Below, piece by piece: positions 1 to 13,820 of a DNA stretch of 64,000 bases. Under the pieces are notes generated by a model. The model ran no database searches and was not told where the DNA came from. It saw only the letters and a list, made by a program, of their open reading frames with translations. This stretch comes from Syncephalis fuscata S228. Lineage: Eukaryota; Fungi; Zoopagomycota. Position 1 is the first letter of the stretch. Each line of letters starts with the position of its first letter. Where the stretch lies: positions 124,001-188,000 of the forward strand of contig JAHLTZ010000021.1 of NCBI GenBank assembly GCA_025786725.1. The letters run 5' to 3'. A program made the translations under genes and the position numbers.

Positions 1-2036
1 TACTAAAACTATTGTTATTATAATGCTAATCGTTAAACAGAATGCTATTCATATATAAAGATTCAGTTTATTTTCTATATATTTAATCAAATAACTTTCA
101 TATATATATACCTTTGATAATGCTATAAAATGTGTATTATTATAATAAAGAGCACTATTCAAGCTTGATTATGTTTTATTCTATACTTTATCATAGTGAC
201 AATCAATGACCACGTATCTTCAAGATTACATTTTATTTGAGTTCTCCTATCTTCGAATGAGTTGATTTTAAGTACTTCACACTGGAACCTCTGTCTTTAA
301 ATGCTATTCAATGAAGAATACCATCTCAAAAGCGTGCAATTATGAAATTAACAAACTGTACACAAATATTAATTTAATCTTTACAAAATAATACTAAACT
401 AAACAGTCAAGCTATATAAAAGCCGCCTTTTCTGTATTTTTGAGTATACTAGTGATTTATGTAACAGTAGTATCAACATCGAATTGAGTATATACATGGA
501 TCATTTAGTATATTATAAAGCTCATAAAAATAGGCTGGTCTATGTATAACAATAAAATATGTACAAAAATATTAATAAAATGCATCAAAGCTGTTGTTGC
601 ATTGCTGCTATGCGTTGTTTAGTATGTATACAATATTGAGGACTGTGTCAATTTTAAAAAAATCATAGGTTTACTACTATAAGCTTGCGCAGTTGAATAG
701 GGGCAACTAGATGCAATTTTGTTGGCAAAATAATGCTTTTATTGATTAAAGACTGGATAAATCAAAGCATTAGCCAAAACTTGATATATAGATAGATTGG
801 ACGGCGTAGTTTTCAGATGGTCTTGCTTTTCACCGAATATATACCTATAGTGTATTAGAATAGTGGTTTGATTGCACTACCAATGCCGATGTCTTGAAAC
901 CATCGATTATTCTGTATTTACAAATAAAGATATTATATATCGTATAATTAATGTATAGCCAGTTAATACACCATGCTACTTACTGCCTATATTAAGTTGT
1001 TGATAGATAGAAATATGGTATGTACTTAGCACATAGTTGATACAAATGTAATATCATTTATGCATTATTAATATTAAATCTTTAATACACACAGCAAAAA
1101 ACATATAGCCAAAAAGTAAGCAATTGATATATAGCACAACTTACCTCTTACCAATATAAATGATCAAAATACGTAGTAATGATGTATAATTAGTGCCTAT
1201 TCAATTAAGATAAAATGCTGCTTACAAGCTATCATGTTAATTTGTTGATGCACACAGTAGATAGTGGGCAATTAATGCATAGTTTATTATTATACAATGC
1301 AACCTACAATATAATATTGCCATTAATTGTATACAAACTAACTACGCACTATGCACTTTGCCTATTTATAATTATATAATAACCAATATAATTAATATAT
1401 AAGCACTAATAGTCTAATTGAACTACTAGTTTAATATATTTAGATATATATTAAGCGCAAAGTAAAATCACTCGACAGCTGCCGTTCAGTTCAGTTATAT
1501 ATTAAATTTTAGTCAGTCTTTCGGTTTACTCATCTTCTAATCAATGATATCATTATATCACCAGTAAGGCCAAACTTAGCTGTGTTTATTCAACTATGCA
1601 ATTTTTAGTAATAAATACATGGTTCCATATTAATTATATTTAATAAAGTTATTATATTTATGTATACATTTATTTGCATTCAACAAATAAGCATAATAGC
1701 ACTAAACTTTACAAGCGTGTTGTATTATGAGTATAAATTGATACAACTACAGCGATAATTTTATCTAAATAATTAAAAGTTAACTGCCCTAATAACTAAT
1801 TGTTTATTATATATGCAAATAGTGATTCAACTGTTTTAGAAAAAACTTTAGCTTTCTATACTAGTTGATTATAAACGATTTATTCCAAAGATATGCGTAC
1901 TTTGAACAAGTTTTGTGCTCATTTAAACAAACGCAGAATATACACCACTAATACAATCAGATATGCAAATTAATATTTTATATATGTATAAATTGCTGAA
2001 AAGTTTAAAAGATAGCCGTATTTGATTGAGACAATA

Positions 2037-3416
2037 TTATGACTTATCCTTAATAGTATAGCGTCCATAGTCTTTTTCCGCGTCATAGACTTCCCATCGG
2101 CTAGCTGGGAAAATATGCTTATTTTTTTCATACCATGATCGTTCAACAACTTTGCCCGCATGTGACTTTATATTATAGAATAAATATATCAATATATCAG
2201 TATATATATATAACTAATAAAAACTGTATTGAATCTTACCTCTTCCGTCTCGATGGTTGCATCATTTACCAATCGAACGTCGTCATGTACATCAAAGCTG
2301 AATAATGGACCAGATTTACCTCGTGCCTTATTAATAATAAAATCGTAAAAACTATAATGCTGTTATAGTCATTTCATAAACTATGTGTTAATCGTATTAC
2401 CATGAATCAATTATCTATAATACTCACATGAGGGATAATCAAATCTTCCTTAATATACATAAGATTGTCAACACTAACACCACGTAAATCATAAATTTGT
2501 TCACGGCATCGAACAAGAAATGCACTAATTTTGTCGCCTTTCTTGCACTGATCAACAGTTAATTAATTGAACATGTAATAACAACAATAATAGATACTAC
2601 TTACAGTAACCTCTTTACGATGACCTGATCCATCCCAGTAACTATACGTAATCTTTATCGGTTCCTCTACATTAATTTTACTATTAGCATCGATAAACAT
2701 CATTAAACTAATCAATATTTACCCTTCATCTTTTCTTGCTGTGTAAGCCATTCTTGTCGCAATTCTTCTCGTTGGCGACGTTCTTCTATTTCTCGATCAC
2801 GATCCGGTAAAAAACTTGTATTGACCAGTGGATTCATACCAAAACGTGCCTTTTTACTTTGTCGCTTCTCTTTAGCATCATCAATTGGTTCCTTTTCTTT
2901 TTCCACTTGCTCTTCTCCTTCTTCATTATCCATATCAAATGATACAATTGGCTTTTCACGCTTCTTTTTCTTCTTTTTCTTCTTTTCGTCTCTGTAATTG
3001 AATCAATTTAGTTTAGTACTGATAAAATAAATAGGATAAGCCACTTACATTAGTTCATTAGTTTTAGCTGCTTGTCTTTCCTTTTCTTCTTGTAGTTGTG
3101 CACGAATACGCTGAAAGTCTTCTAGTTGCACTAGACCAACTGTGGATTCCTTAAGGGATGCCTCTAAATTGCCATGTTCTACAATGAACTTTTCTTTGCC
3201 AATTTTCACTTCTGCGTCCTAATTTGTTGTTAACAAGTAAAACATATGTATTTATATTCGATAGACGAATAAATAGACTAGCAGTGCTTATTAACAAGTA
3301 CAAACCTTTTGAATCTTTCGTCGTTGTTGTTCGAAATCACGCATCATTTGCTCTCTTTGCTTTTCCAACATCGTTTGACGCTGGCCCTCAATGTTAGAGC
3401 CTTTGTATTCCGCCAT
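2037..3416 (-). CDS. XAP5: FAM50/XAP5 family nuclear protein, multi-exon
   Basis: N-terminus [23 protein letters not shown]; internal [17 protein letters not shown] and [12 protein letters not shown]; C-terminus [29 protein letters not shown]; GT-AG introns. Confidence 0.93.
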
Positions 3417-3568
3417 TTTGGTGGATCTACACGCGAATTAACGGCAGGTAACGAATAGAGAGCAGTAATAGCGTCAAGGCAAACAATGGAGAGATAGAAC
3501 AGTGGGAATAGAGAATAAATGGTAATAGATTCCATATTTTTGGTTTTATTAAAGCATTTTTATTAGCA
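3417..3568. promoter_or_regulatory. Short bidirectional promoter between XAP5 and mitochondrial TyrRS
   Basis: The two ATGs are head-to-head with 152 bp between them. Confidence 0.6.
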
Positions 3569-5548
3569 ATGTACTTAACAGCCCAAGGATTACACCTCGT
3601 ACGAATATCACGACAATGGTCGTCGTTACCAGTAGCATACACTTCTATAGCTACACGACGTATGATTCATGGCACTACGTGTATTAGAACATCCAATGTG
3701 GTTGCTGATTTACGTAGTCGCGGTCTTATTGCTCAAATGACAAGGTAACTGGATAGTAAAAAAGACTATTACATACGACATAGTTGACCAACACCAGACA
3801 AATAGCCCAGAAGTTGAACAAGCAGTAGAGAAGCCACTGACTGTTTATGCTGGTGTGGATCCAACGGCTGAAAGTATGCATTTGGGCAATTTAGTTGTTT
3901 TACTTAGTCTACTCCATTTCTACGTTCGTGGTCATACAACTATTGCTCTAGTAAGTTGTCTACTAAGTGTATACAAATAAATACTTACAAGTGTTATAAT
4001 GATATTAGATGGGTGGAGCAACTGGTTCTATCGGTGATCCTAGTGGTCGATCCACTGAGCGACAAGTGTTAACGGATACTGTATTAATGCGTAATATTCA
4101 TGGTATCCAAAAACAAATTCATCAATTCTTTGAACGTGGAACACATTTAGCACGTAAAAGACAAATTGGAGGATTGTTAAATGAACAAAATGATACATCA
4201 CGACTTAGAGTGTTGAACAATAATCACTGGTTTGGATCGATGTCAGCATTGGAGTTTCTGGGTAACATTGGACGATATGCCCGTGTAGGCACTATGTTAT
4301 CCCGCGAAAGGTAATACAGTCATATATTGTTGCTATTTGCTACAGTTTATAGTTATATACTAAATTGTATGTGGTTAGTGTTAAGACGCGTTTGACAAGT
4401 GCACAAGGTATTAGCTTTACGGAATTCTCTTATCAGTTATTGCAAGCGTATGACTTTTGGCACTTGTATAAACATCATAAATGTCAGATTCAGGTAGACG
4501 TGATTGATTAAAATAGCAAATTGTACAGAATAGTTAATTAACCCAAATAATAGATTGGTGGCAACGATCAATGGGGTAACATTACTGCAGGCATTGATTT
4601 CATTAATAGAATGCGCCAACTAGCATCGTCTAATGAATCGATAATTGCTAGTGCAGAGGGTGAAGATAAGTCATCGTTAGAAGCGCATGGCGTAACTATT
4701 CCATTACTCACTACGGCCAATGGAGAAAAGTTTGGTAAATCTGCGGGAAATGCTGTTTGGTTAAATGAAAAGATGACATCGTATTTTGACTTTTATCAGG
4801 TAAATACACTTTTCTTGTTTTGCAGTGTATAGTGTCGATTGACGAATAGTAATAGTTTTTTATGAAAGTCGATGATATTGATGTCGAGCGGTATTTAAAG
4901 TTATTTACGTTTTTGGATTTTAAAGAAATTGAGAACATAGCTGAGGAGCATCAAGTAAGTAATTGTTATTGTGATTGCATTGTAATTAATTTGGATTATT
5001 ATGTTTATATAGTTACAACCCGATAAACGATATGCCCAACGACGATTGGCAGATGAGGTGACTGAACTAATACATGGAGGTAATGATCAATATTGTCGAT
5101 ATATATATATATATATAACTATAGACTAATCCCTAATTTAGAGCATGGTTTGAAAAAGGCACAAACTGCTACGAGTGTATTGTTTGGTGCACCACTGAAC
5201 AATGTATCAGCATTAGATTTAATAGAAGCGTTTGAACATGACCCACGACTAGTCTCGCTGGAACAATCATCGGTTATTAACATGCCAATAGATCGACTGG
5301 CCCATACAGTAGGAGCATGTGCATCTCGATGTAAGTAGAACTAGTAAATTATTGTTTTAAGCATTAAGCATAGAACCTGAGTAGCTGCGGCCATCAAGTT
5401 ACTTCATTCAGGTGGCCTTTATTTAAATAACAAAAAGATTACCAATAAGGCGGACAAGCTATCTGAGACTGAGTTATTAGATGGACGTGTCTGTGTACTG
5501 CGCACTGGTAAAAGCAACTATCGCATTGTTGTGCTTGAAAACAAATAA
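3569..5548 (+). CDS. MSY1: Mitochondrial tyrosyl-tRNA synthetase, multi-exon
   Basis: Basic presequence; [15 protein letters not shown] (HIGH motif); [13 protein letters not shown]; [11 protein letters not shown]; KFGKS (KMSKS motif); C-terminal S4-like domain. Confidence 0.93.
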
Positions 5549-5591
5549 AATTATAAATGTAGCTCAGTTTAATATGTGAAAATAATGTTAA

Positions 5592-6011
5592 TTAAAAATG
5601 ATTGCCAAGACCGTTCATACTAGAACCACCTAATCCGGGTACGCTTGGGCTGCTTCCTCCCAGTCCTGGTATACTTGGGCCGGAGCTACCGATACTATTC
5701 ACACCAGTATTGGCATTGTTTAGATTAAAACCACCAGCTGATGATGGTTTGCATAGGCCGTTTGGATTGAACTGGGGAAAGTTGAATTCAAAGTTGGTTA
5801 GACTATTACGATCTTGCGTACAATGATTCTTTATATTTTCCAGCTCTGCCAAGTTATTGAATGGACTGTCTGTAGCGTTGAATTAGTATCAAATATTCTA
5901 ATTGGTATCCATCTTACCTCGTGAGTATAAACGACTCGAGTGCTGCTGTATAGGGAGTCCATTAGCGATAGATACACTTAATAAAACAAAGCACAAACTA
6001 AACTTCCACAT
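5592..6011 (-). CDS. Small secreted Gly/Ser/Asn-rich protein (2 exons, intron 5870-5917)
   Basis: Signal peptide MWKFSLCFVLLSVSIANG; a 48-nt gtaag..ctacag intron joins in frame to ORF 5592-5852; repeated PS(I/V)PGLGGSS. Confidence 0.75.
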
Positions 6012-6472
6012 AGTTATATAATAGACTACAGCATACGAGATAGGAATAAAAAAGAATAAAGCAGAGCAGTCGGCAACATGAAGTCTATTTTTACTTAGTA
6101 TCATGCGGTTCCTCACATGTGCGTCACACAAACATGCTTAAAACAGCTAATCAATAGATTTCATTATCATGCTTTGATTTTATTACTACCAATTGAAGCA
6201 ACGTGTTATCGTTTGCACCGCGGAGGCAGAGAGAGCGGTTTTCTGTCGTTAAATCGAATAAAATTGACTATTACGATTTGAATTGAATATAATGATAGCA
6301 TACGCATTGTTAAAATGTAAATTAAAACTCCAACAGTTTATGAATAATAAGTAAATTACTTTTACTACAGTCTAAGCTGCATCTTATAGATTAAACACTA
6401 ATTACACAATTAAAATAAGCAATTAAAATATTTATTATGAATATATATGATTCATAGATATAGATAGCATAG

Positions 6473-7378
6473 TTATTTGCGCGCCAATACCAAGGCATGG
6501 GTCCAAGTTAAATCCAATGCCTGATCAGCATCAGTGGCGGATTTACCTGCTGTAACTGCTTCTTCTTCAAGCGTGCGTTTAACCACGGCCATGACTTCTT
6601 CAACTGGATCCACTTCTGTCTGCGCGTTAGGACTGGATCTCCAATTGGCATAAGATGACCAGGTACGTAAGTAGGCGCCCATTACATCCAAAGGCATCCT
6701 GCGTAGCTGCATAAATGGTACAGTTGCAGCGGTTGATTCGCTGTTGTCTTTAATGGACTGTGGAGCAGTCGGCACACCCCGATCATTCCAGTACTTAATA
6801 ATACGCTCTTCATCCCAAACAATACGTTGATAATCTGACCAATTATCCAAAAGCGTAATATTAGCGTACAAAGTACGTAGATGCTCGCGTCCTTTATCCC
6901 AGTATGGACCCATTCGTACATCATTATAATAATGCAATGCCTTGGTTATTTCAGGATACCATGGACTTATTGGAGCGCCATATCCCCAGATAGCTAATGT
7001 TCCCTGTGGTTTAAGTACACGCTGTACTTCATTTTGAAATGCTTCAATGTTAAACCAGTGTGCTGATTCTGCTGCAGTAACCAGATCTACACTGTCGTTG
7101 GGCAGACCAATCTGTTCGGCCGGCTCTTCAATGTATGTAACTCCTGCGGCTGGTGTGGCCTGGGACAGCATGGTGGCCGATCTGTCGGTCGCCCTTACAT
7201 TGCTGAATAGCTTGGCCAACTCCACCGCCGCTTGACCAGTGCCAGTAGCAACATCTACAGCCTGCGCAGTATCTCCTTGATGGTACTGTATAATGCTATT
7301 GTACACGGTCTTCATGTACAAAGGACGATACGCTCGATATGCAGCGGCATCGTAGCCTGCATTGGAGAATGTAGCCAT
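6473..7378 (-). CDS. Class I SAM-dependent methyltransferase (Tmt1/Crg1-like), intronless
   Basis: YRAYRPLY; VDVATGTGQ; SVDLVTAAESAHWF; LKPQGTLAIWGY; YLRTWSSY. Confidence 0.9.
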   Translation of the reverse strand: MATFSNAGYDAAAYRAYRPLYMKTVYNSIIQYHQGDTAQAVDVATGTGQAAVELAKLFSNVRATDRSATMLSQATPAAGVTYIEEPAEQIGLPNDSVDLVTAAESAHWFNIEAFQNEVQRVLKPQGTLAIWGYGAPISPWYPEITKALHYYNDVRMGPYWDKGREHLRTLYANITLLDNWSDYQRIVWDEERIIKYWNDRGVPTAPQSIKDNSESTAATVPFMQLRRMPLDVMGAYLRTWSSYANWRSSPNAQTEVDPVEEVMAVVKRTLEEEAVTAGKSATDADQALDLTWTHALVLARK

Positions 7379-8010
7379 TGTGATAATAAGCAGTTCAGTT
7401 GTGAACACAATAAAAAGAATCTGTTAACGTTAAGATATATATCAATATCATAGTGAATCCTAGATGTTTTATAGAATATTGCCCAAGTCATCGAATAAAT
7501 TTCGTCATATTAATACAGTGAAACAAGGAGTCAACGGAATCGGTTTAAGTTTATCCCACTTGTAAACATGAGTGATTTTCCGTTACGGCATCAGCTTGAT
7601 TTGAGTTTTACGAAACAATTATTGGTTTTGATCAAGTATTCACCACCTGAACATCGCTGCTATTATTTCATAGCTCTAATATGACAGTATTTGCAAAAAC
7701 ATTTTTATTTTATTAATTAAAAATGAGTTATATGATAACAACCTTATCAAATATGATTACAAATGCTATTACCACATTTGGTAATTATAATTAGCCGAAT
7801 TTCCCCACCTCAGCACTGTGATTAGCATATTTTTCGTCATATCTCATGTGTTTATTTTAGTTACATAGAAAATAGCCATATGACGAATTACCTTTTGTTA
7901 TTAATAAAATATATATGAGTTATCCTAATTTACTTTCAAATATTCATATATGGGTATAATGTCTTATTTTATTGTAATATTATAATGCATTACAATTGGT
8001 TGATTGGAGA

Positions 8011-9210
8011 TTATTTAAGGGCCCATGCTTTCAAAAGTTGACCTGGTAATAAACAACTGTTTTCTGTAGTCTTGAATAATTTTAATCCAACGCTTAGAAC
8101 ATCGTTTAATCTTTTTATAGAATCATTGTTTCTTGCGCTGATGCTCCTTGGCTTTGTAGCTTCTTTTGCAAATATTTTGTTTGCTCGTCGTCCATAAAAC
8201 CAGCCGAATTAAACAATAATTGACGAAGTAGATTATAAACACTCTCATTGTTACTTCTACAGCCATCACTTTTAAGTTTCGTCGATTCTGTGAGCGCTAC
8301 AAACTTCCCGGTTTTTGTAGCCAACTCTTTATCTCCCACCAGTGGAAGGGCTCGATCGTAATCGATAATTTTTACTCTTGGTCTCTGAGTGGTACGATCA
8401 CGATAAACCATAAAGTCTTTACATCAAAAAGTTAGTTTCTATTGCCTGCAATATTAAAGCTACTTACTTCCGCCGTGCAGGTCATTATGAGCAAGATTAG
8501 TGCGATACAAGTAATCCAGACCTATTCACAATTAGTATTAAAAAGGTTTTTGATTATAAAAACTAGCTACCTTTGACTATATCCATGAGAATAGCAGGCA
8601 AATCCTTTGCAATTTCAACTACTTTTTGGCTTTTAACAAAGTCTTCTAATTTCATGCCAAAGACAAATTCGTAAATAAAGCAATCAACGTTTTTAGAAAG
8701 AAAACCTCTAGAGATCTGAAAATATTCCAATGGGGTCATAATAGTATCTCTATTATCTTTTACATTAGGCGCACTCTTCGCCACCTCTAACATCTAGTAA
8801 TTGTAAAATCAGTAATTGAATGCGAAAAATCATTAACGTTTACCTTGAACGCTAGAATTTCTCGGCTGAGATCCGTGCCGCATTTAAGAAAGACAGGACT
8901 GCCTTTCCACATTGCTTCGGCCAAACCAAGCACTGGGGTATTTGTATCTTCTGCATTGGCCATGCCAATCCAATGAATCTTATCCAAATTATATTTTTTG
9001 GGATCCTTTTCTAATTGCGCGCGGCCAGGAATACTCTTTGGGACATCAGCTGATAAACACATCGACGCGTTAACTGTTATCACATCATGTATCATGTATT
9101 GCTACTCCACTTACTTGTATCTACTGCACCAGCAGCATAAGTTTCTGACACTCTACTAAGCACACCTAGGCGCAAATAATAGCGATAGTAGCAGTGCGAA
9201 GTTTAGTCAT
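8011..9210 (-). CDS. Signal-peptide-bearing protein kinase-like protein, multi-exon, with apparent 1-nt deletions near 9165 and 8120
   Basis: Repaired N-terminus MTKLRTATIAIICALGVLSRVSETYA; VFLKC (beta3 Lys); CFIYEFVFG; GLDYLYRTNLAHNDLHGGNFMV; VKIIDYD. Confidence 0.75.
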
Positions 9211-9510
9211 AGTGTAAAATGTATCTTATAGGCGTTTCGTAACGTTGGCTAGCCAGAGCAAAGTAAAAAGTCGGTATATGTTGTGTTAGACTAGGAAGCG
9301 TATTGGTTTTAGAAGGTAGAATGTGGTATATTGTGTCTTTTAGTTTGACTCAACATCTCATTATTTATATTAGTTGTAATCGTTAGTCAAAACCAAAATA
9401 AACTTGTTTACGGTCAGTATGTTTCAAAGCTGCACGAATGTCAAAAGGACCAGACAATGCATCGAGTATATGAAACACTAAGTAGCAGTTATTCGACAGA
9501 AGTAAATGCG

Positions 9511-9645
9511 ATTATTCAAATCACGGAGTAGTTGCACGTTTGTAATTCAATGGATTGCATACCTATGAATCAACGAAAGCAAACGTGTTATTATTCAAAC
9601 CAAGGAGTAGTTATGGGTTTAATTCCAATGGATTTCATTACTACG
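9511..9645. repeat. Imperfect direct repeat, about 80-bp period, upstream of the secreted kinase
   Basis: attattcaaatcacggagtagtt...aattcaatggatt at 9511 versus attattcaaaccaaggagtagtt...aattccaatggatt at 9590. Confidence 0.7.
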
Positions 9646-10616
9646 CCGTGAATTGAATGCGATAACAATACCATGTATATTTTGGCAGCTATTACACCAT
9701 AATTATCTACTATACTGCAATTCTTATGATTGCGTAAAACATACATTTTATTTATTAACTAATCGTAGTCTTATTCAATAATTAGTTCATACAACTTTGA
9801 TTTACCCAAAAAATAGTTAGCATAATAATTTAGTAAACCCATTAAGTTCGTAACTAACCTTTTTTTTATTTAACCAAAAACGGTAATACCTGTCCACTCA
9901 TGTTTAAAAATAATAAATCTTTTTACTAGTTAATATTGCTTATGCAATTATTATTTTTTTGAGTGATTAGTTTGAGTTGTTTTCAAGTTGCCTTATATAA
10001 CAATAAAACTTTTATTTTTCTTTATTTTTTACAACATATATACGCGACTAAGAAATATTTCTTTACATAATAAGCAGCAATTTATTTTATATTTGTAGAT
10101 TGTGTATCACTCATCGCCTGGCTCGCTCGGCATCTGAAATGACTTGTCTGCCGCGAAATGTCCTCGTGAAAATTGTGTATTGGAAACCATTCACGTGTTG
10201 ACTGCTGTCTAGTTCAAGACTGGCACTCTTTCAAATACATGACCATGCCGCAAACATCAAACATTGAGGCAGGTTTTGACTTTGCGTAAGGGCCTGTTGA
10301 AGTTTGAAACAACGTTACATTAGTCACTGTGCCATTTCCAAAAACATAGCAGAGCTATTATTAAAGCATCACATGTAATAATAAAACTATAAACACATGC
10401 CATCGACAACAACTATTATTATCCATGTTTTATAAACTGTAGTGTATCAATATAATATAAGTACATATTAGCTTTTTGTTCGATAGAATTTATTTGCAAT
10501 AATCAATTGCAATGAATGATAGTTTAATTCCATCAAATGTTACTAAATATATCTCATTCAATTAAATCCAAGATACCAGTCTATTTATAGTATATTTATT
10601 GAGAGATAATGCCAAA

Positions 10617-11819
10617 CTAAACAAATTTTGATAATTGCTGAATTGCTTGTTTCAATTCAACGTTTATCTTATGAACAATCTCGGACGCGGGAAGTAACTC
10701 GTGAACTAGTCCCATGTTTTGACCAGTGGTCACCATAGCCATTGTTGTATCACCTTGACGTGCTGCTTCAGCAAATGCATCAGGATCAGGCATTGATCCG
10801 TCCTGCTCATAAGCCTCGGTAATGTTGTTGCGCATTGTGCGGATTGCATACTCAGAAGGCCAGTCGAATCGTCGTAGTCTATCAAGAACATCTAACTTGA
10901 CCGTGTTCACCCTGTTATGTAATTATTAGCCATAGTTATGGTGATTGCAAAATCCAATGTCGATGCTTACCCTCCATCTTTTCCATCAATAATAGCTTGT
11001 TTAGCTCTACTATTGGTAGGGCACTCTTTACTGACAATAAATCTAGTGTTTAAACAATATCTGTTTCAATACCTCGCGAGAGACTATTTTGCTAAGCTAC
11101 TTACCGAGTGCCAATAACAGCAGCAGCAGCGCCCATAGCAAGTACCGCTGCAACGCCGCGTCCATCGGCAATACCACCGGCTGCCAGTACAGGAATAGAG
11201 GTGTTGCGTACTGCATCTATCACCTCAGGTAAAAGACAAACTGTTGAGGCGTTCTTTTTTGCACTGTGGCCACCTGCTTCACCGCCTACAAAGATTAACC
11301 GAATTGCTTATTAGACTAGCGCAATTAATAAACAATACAGCACTTACCCTGTGCGATGATAACATCAGCTCCCCAGCTTACAGCTTCGAGTGCTCCAGCG
11401 ACTGTTTGCACCTGGACAAACACGCGGCATGGCACTTCAGTCGCCGCTGCTTGTTCCCGTTCTCGTATCCAACGGATAATGGGTGCAGCATCGCCAAAAG
11501 AAAACCATATTGCTGCTGGACGAGCATCCAGTACGCTTGCGATAACATCCTGCCAAATCGGCGATGTAGCCAAATGCCAGGTAATAAATCCAATACCGAT
11601 AGGTAGGCAGCCGTGTACATTGCGCGGCAATACTGCTGCTGCTTGGGTCAGTTCTTCGGTTGCCCAGTTTACGTCCGTTACGTAGCCCGCGCCAATGAAC
11701 CCAAGGCCGCCTGCTTTGCTGACCTCTGAGGCGAGTTCCCAGCCCGAGGCGTAAGCCATCGATGCTTGGACGACCGGCACGGTCATATGTGGAAAATATT
11801 GTTGAAGTCGAGTAGACAT
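10617..11819 (-). CDS. Nitronate monooxygenase (2-nitropropane dioxygenase family), 4 exons
   Basis: PVVQASMA; LASEVSKAGGLGFIGAG; GADVIIAQG-EAGGH; PVLAAGGIADGRG; GTRF; GQNMGLV. Confidence 0.92.
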
Positions 11820-13820
11820 TGTGCGTTAAAGTAGAGGCAGAAAATGGAATAACTTGGATACCGCTTAATAATATACAGCGCAAGACTTGTTATTCAGACC
11901 AATAAGTATCTATATTAATTTAATTATTGATGCTGGATGTTATGGAAATAATTACTAAGCAAAAATGGGATGGCTGTTTTAGCGAACATGCAGATTTCCC
12001 GGCTATCCGATGGCTGTCACGTGAAGAAGCAGTGGAAAGGCGATAACACCCTTGCACTACATTATGCGCAAACATACAACAGAGACAGATGTGTTATTAT
12101 TTGCACTGGAGGATTGATTTGCTAATTTAAATTTAATAAATGCACTATTATGCTATTATTTAAAGTAATGATGCCAGGCCTGTATAATGCAATAAATTAT
12201 AATGGCGCAAATAAAATAGCATTTATAAACAATAAAGGTCATAAACATTTTTATTATCAAGAAAGCGAATTAGTTATATAATCATTATTTGCGCAAGTAG
12301 AAAACAATGCTTATAATATGATAAAAAGTGTGCAGTTGCAATTTCTAGTGTGAAAGAAATGCATAATCCATATTACCAATTATCATTAAGGACATTGTAC
12401 TATTGTCAAAATTTCATTGATAATTTATCAAATTAGTCTAAAGCTGTTATTGTAGTAAGCACTATTCGTAGCAAAACTTACATGGCATTTCAATAATAAA
12501 CAGCTTTACTTTTACTGATACCCTGATCACTAAGTTGTAATGTAATCTAAATTTGTAAATTACATCCAACACAATACGCAAATATTATGCAATACACATC
12601 AGACAATTTCAATCGGGTATCATCAGATTAGAGCGCACAGTAGAAGTAGATTGTGCATTAACCAGTGGCTATCCAAAGCCTTGCTAATTTTTGATGCTCT
12701 CGAAAGCAGCACTAGTAGCATAATATACAATATTATTTACAAAACAATAAACAAGAGTAAAGATTAGTAAAGATAATTAAACTTGGACATAATAGTGTTT
12801 ATTTCTCGTCGTTATATCAATGCAGGTAAATAAAAATATTTTGATATGATCTCATAATTTTATTGGCTTACTAATACAAAAAGTAACACTATTATTGATG
12901 CGTCCAAGATTGACGTAGTTTCGTAGTTTTGCCTGATTTACAGTTATTTTTTTAGTAATAATGCTTATCTTGTTTTATTCATTTGTTACTTACAAAAAAT
13001 AAAAGCGGCAATGCTATTTATGCTAATTTGATCTCTTGTTAATAATTTATATATCTAGACATAGTCAACCACATCAATAACATTTCTATACAGTTTTGTT
13101 ATTTCTTTGCCTTATCTACCCATTTTAGCCCATTGTTTACTGGCTGCACCCTTTAATAAAAGCTGTTTGTTTATTGTTTATTGTATTCGTTATAAGCTTT
13201 GCTTTATTTCGCTCGCTCAATACATTTAATATAGCCTTATTATATTATTTAGAAATTATCTTTTGTCAGTTCATTTCATTCTATATTACTGTATTCTTTA
13301 TAAATACACTTTCATTACTATTCATTTATATATTATATTATTTCTAAAAAACAAATAATAAAAATGTCTAGAGTATTAGCTTGTAGTTATATCATTAGAA
13401 TCAATAAAAAATAAAATCTGTGCAGCGCATAAAAGGCGGTGTAGGACCTGCAATGTTATTGCTTACAATAAAGGAAAAAAGTATCGAATCAACTACGCAG
13501 TCCACGTTAGGCCAAATTCCTTTCGGTAATCAAATTGCAGCACAAAAGCTAATGGCAGCCACAATCGTTTTTTCCCTATAAACTTTCTCATTCTCATTAT
13601 ACGACCAAGTGTATACACGCGCACGCAAGTAAGCTCTATTGTATTTCAAACGACTATTTACCGGTAAGTCATACGCGCGCACTATTGCTATTGCTACGTC
13701 AACGTTGAATTCCATTTTAATTGATAGCGTTTACGCAGAGCAATATACTTTTTGTTGTTGACTAACGAATACAACGTATTATCCCTTAAATTACTAGTCA
13801 GATACAATAGTGTAAACAGT

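Noticed and set aside
6473-7378. Horizontal transfer of the intronless methyltransferase (and of intronless SER1)
   Set aside because: Both resemble ordinary fungal family members, and lack of introns alone is not evidence
10090-10310. GC-richer intergenic island with a gttcaaga B-box-like word; possible tRNA or ncRNA
   Set aside because: No cloverleaf or recognisable RNA family motif could be built by eye; an Infernal/Rfam scan would be needed
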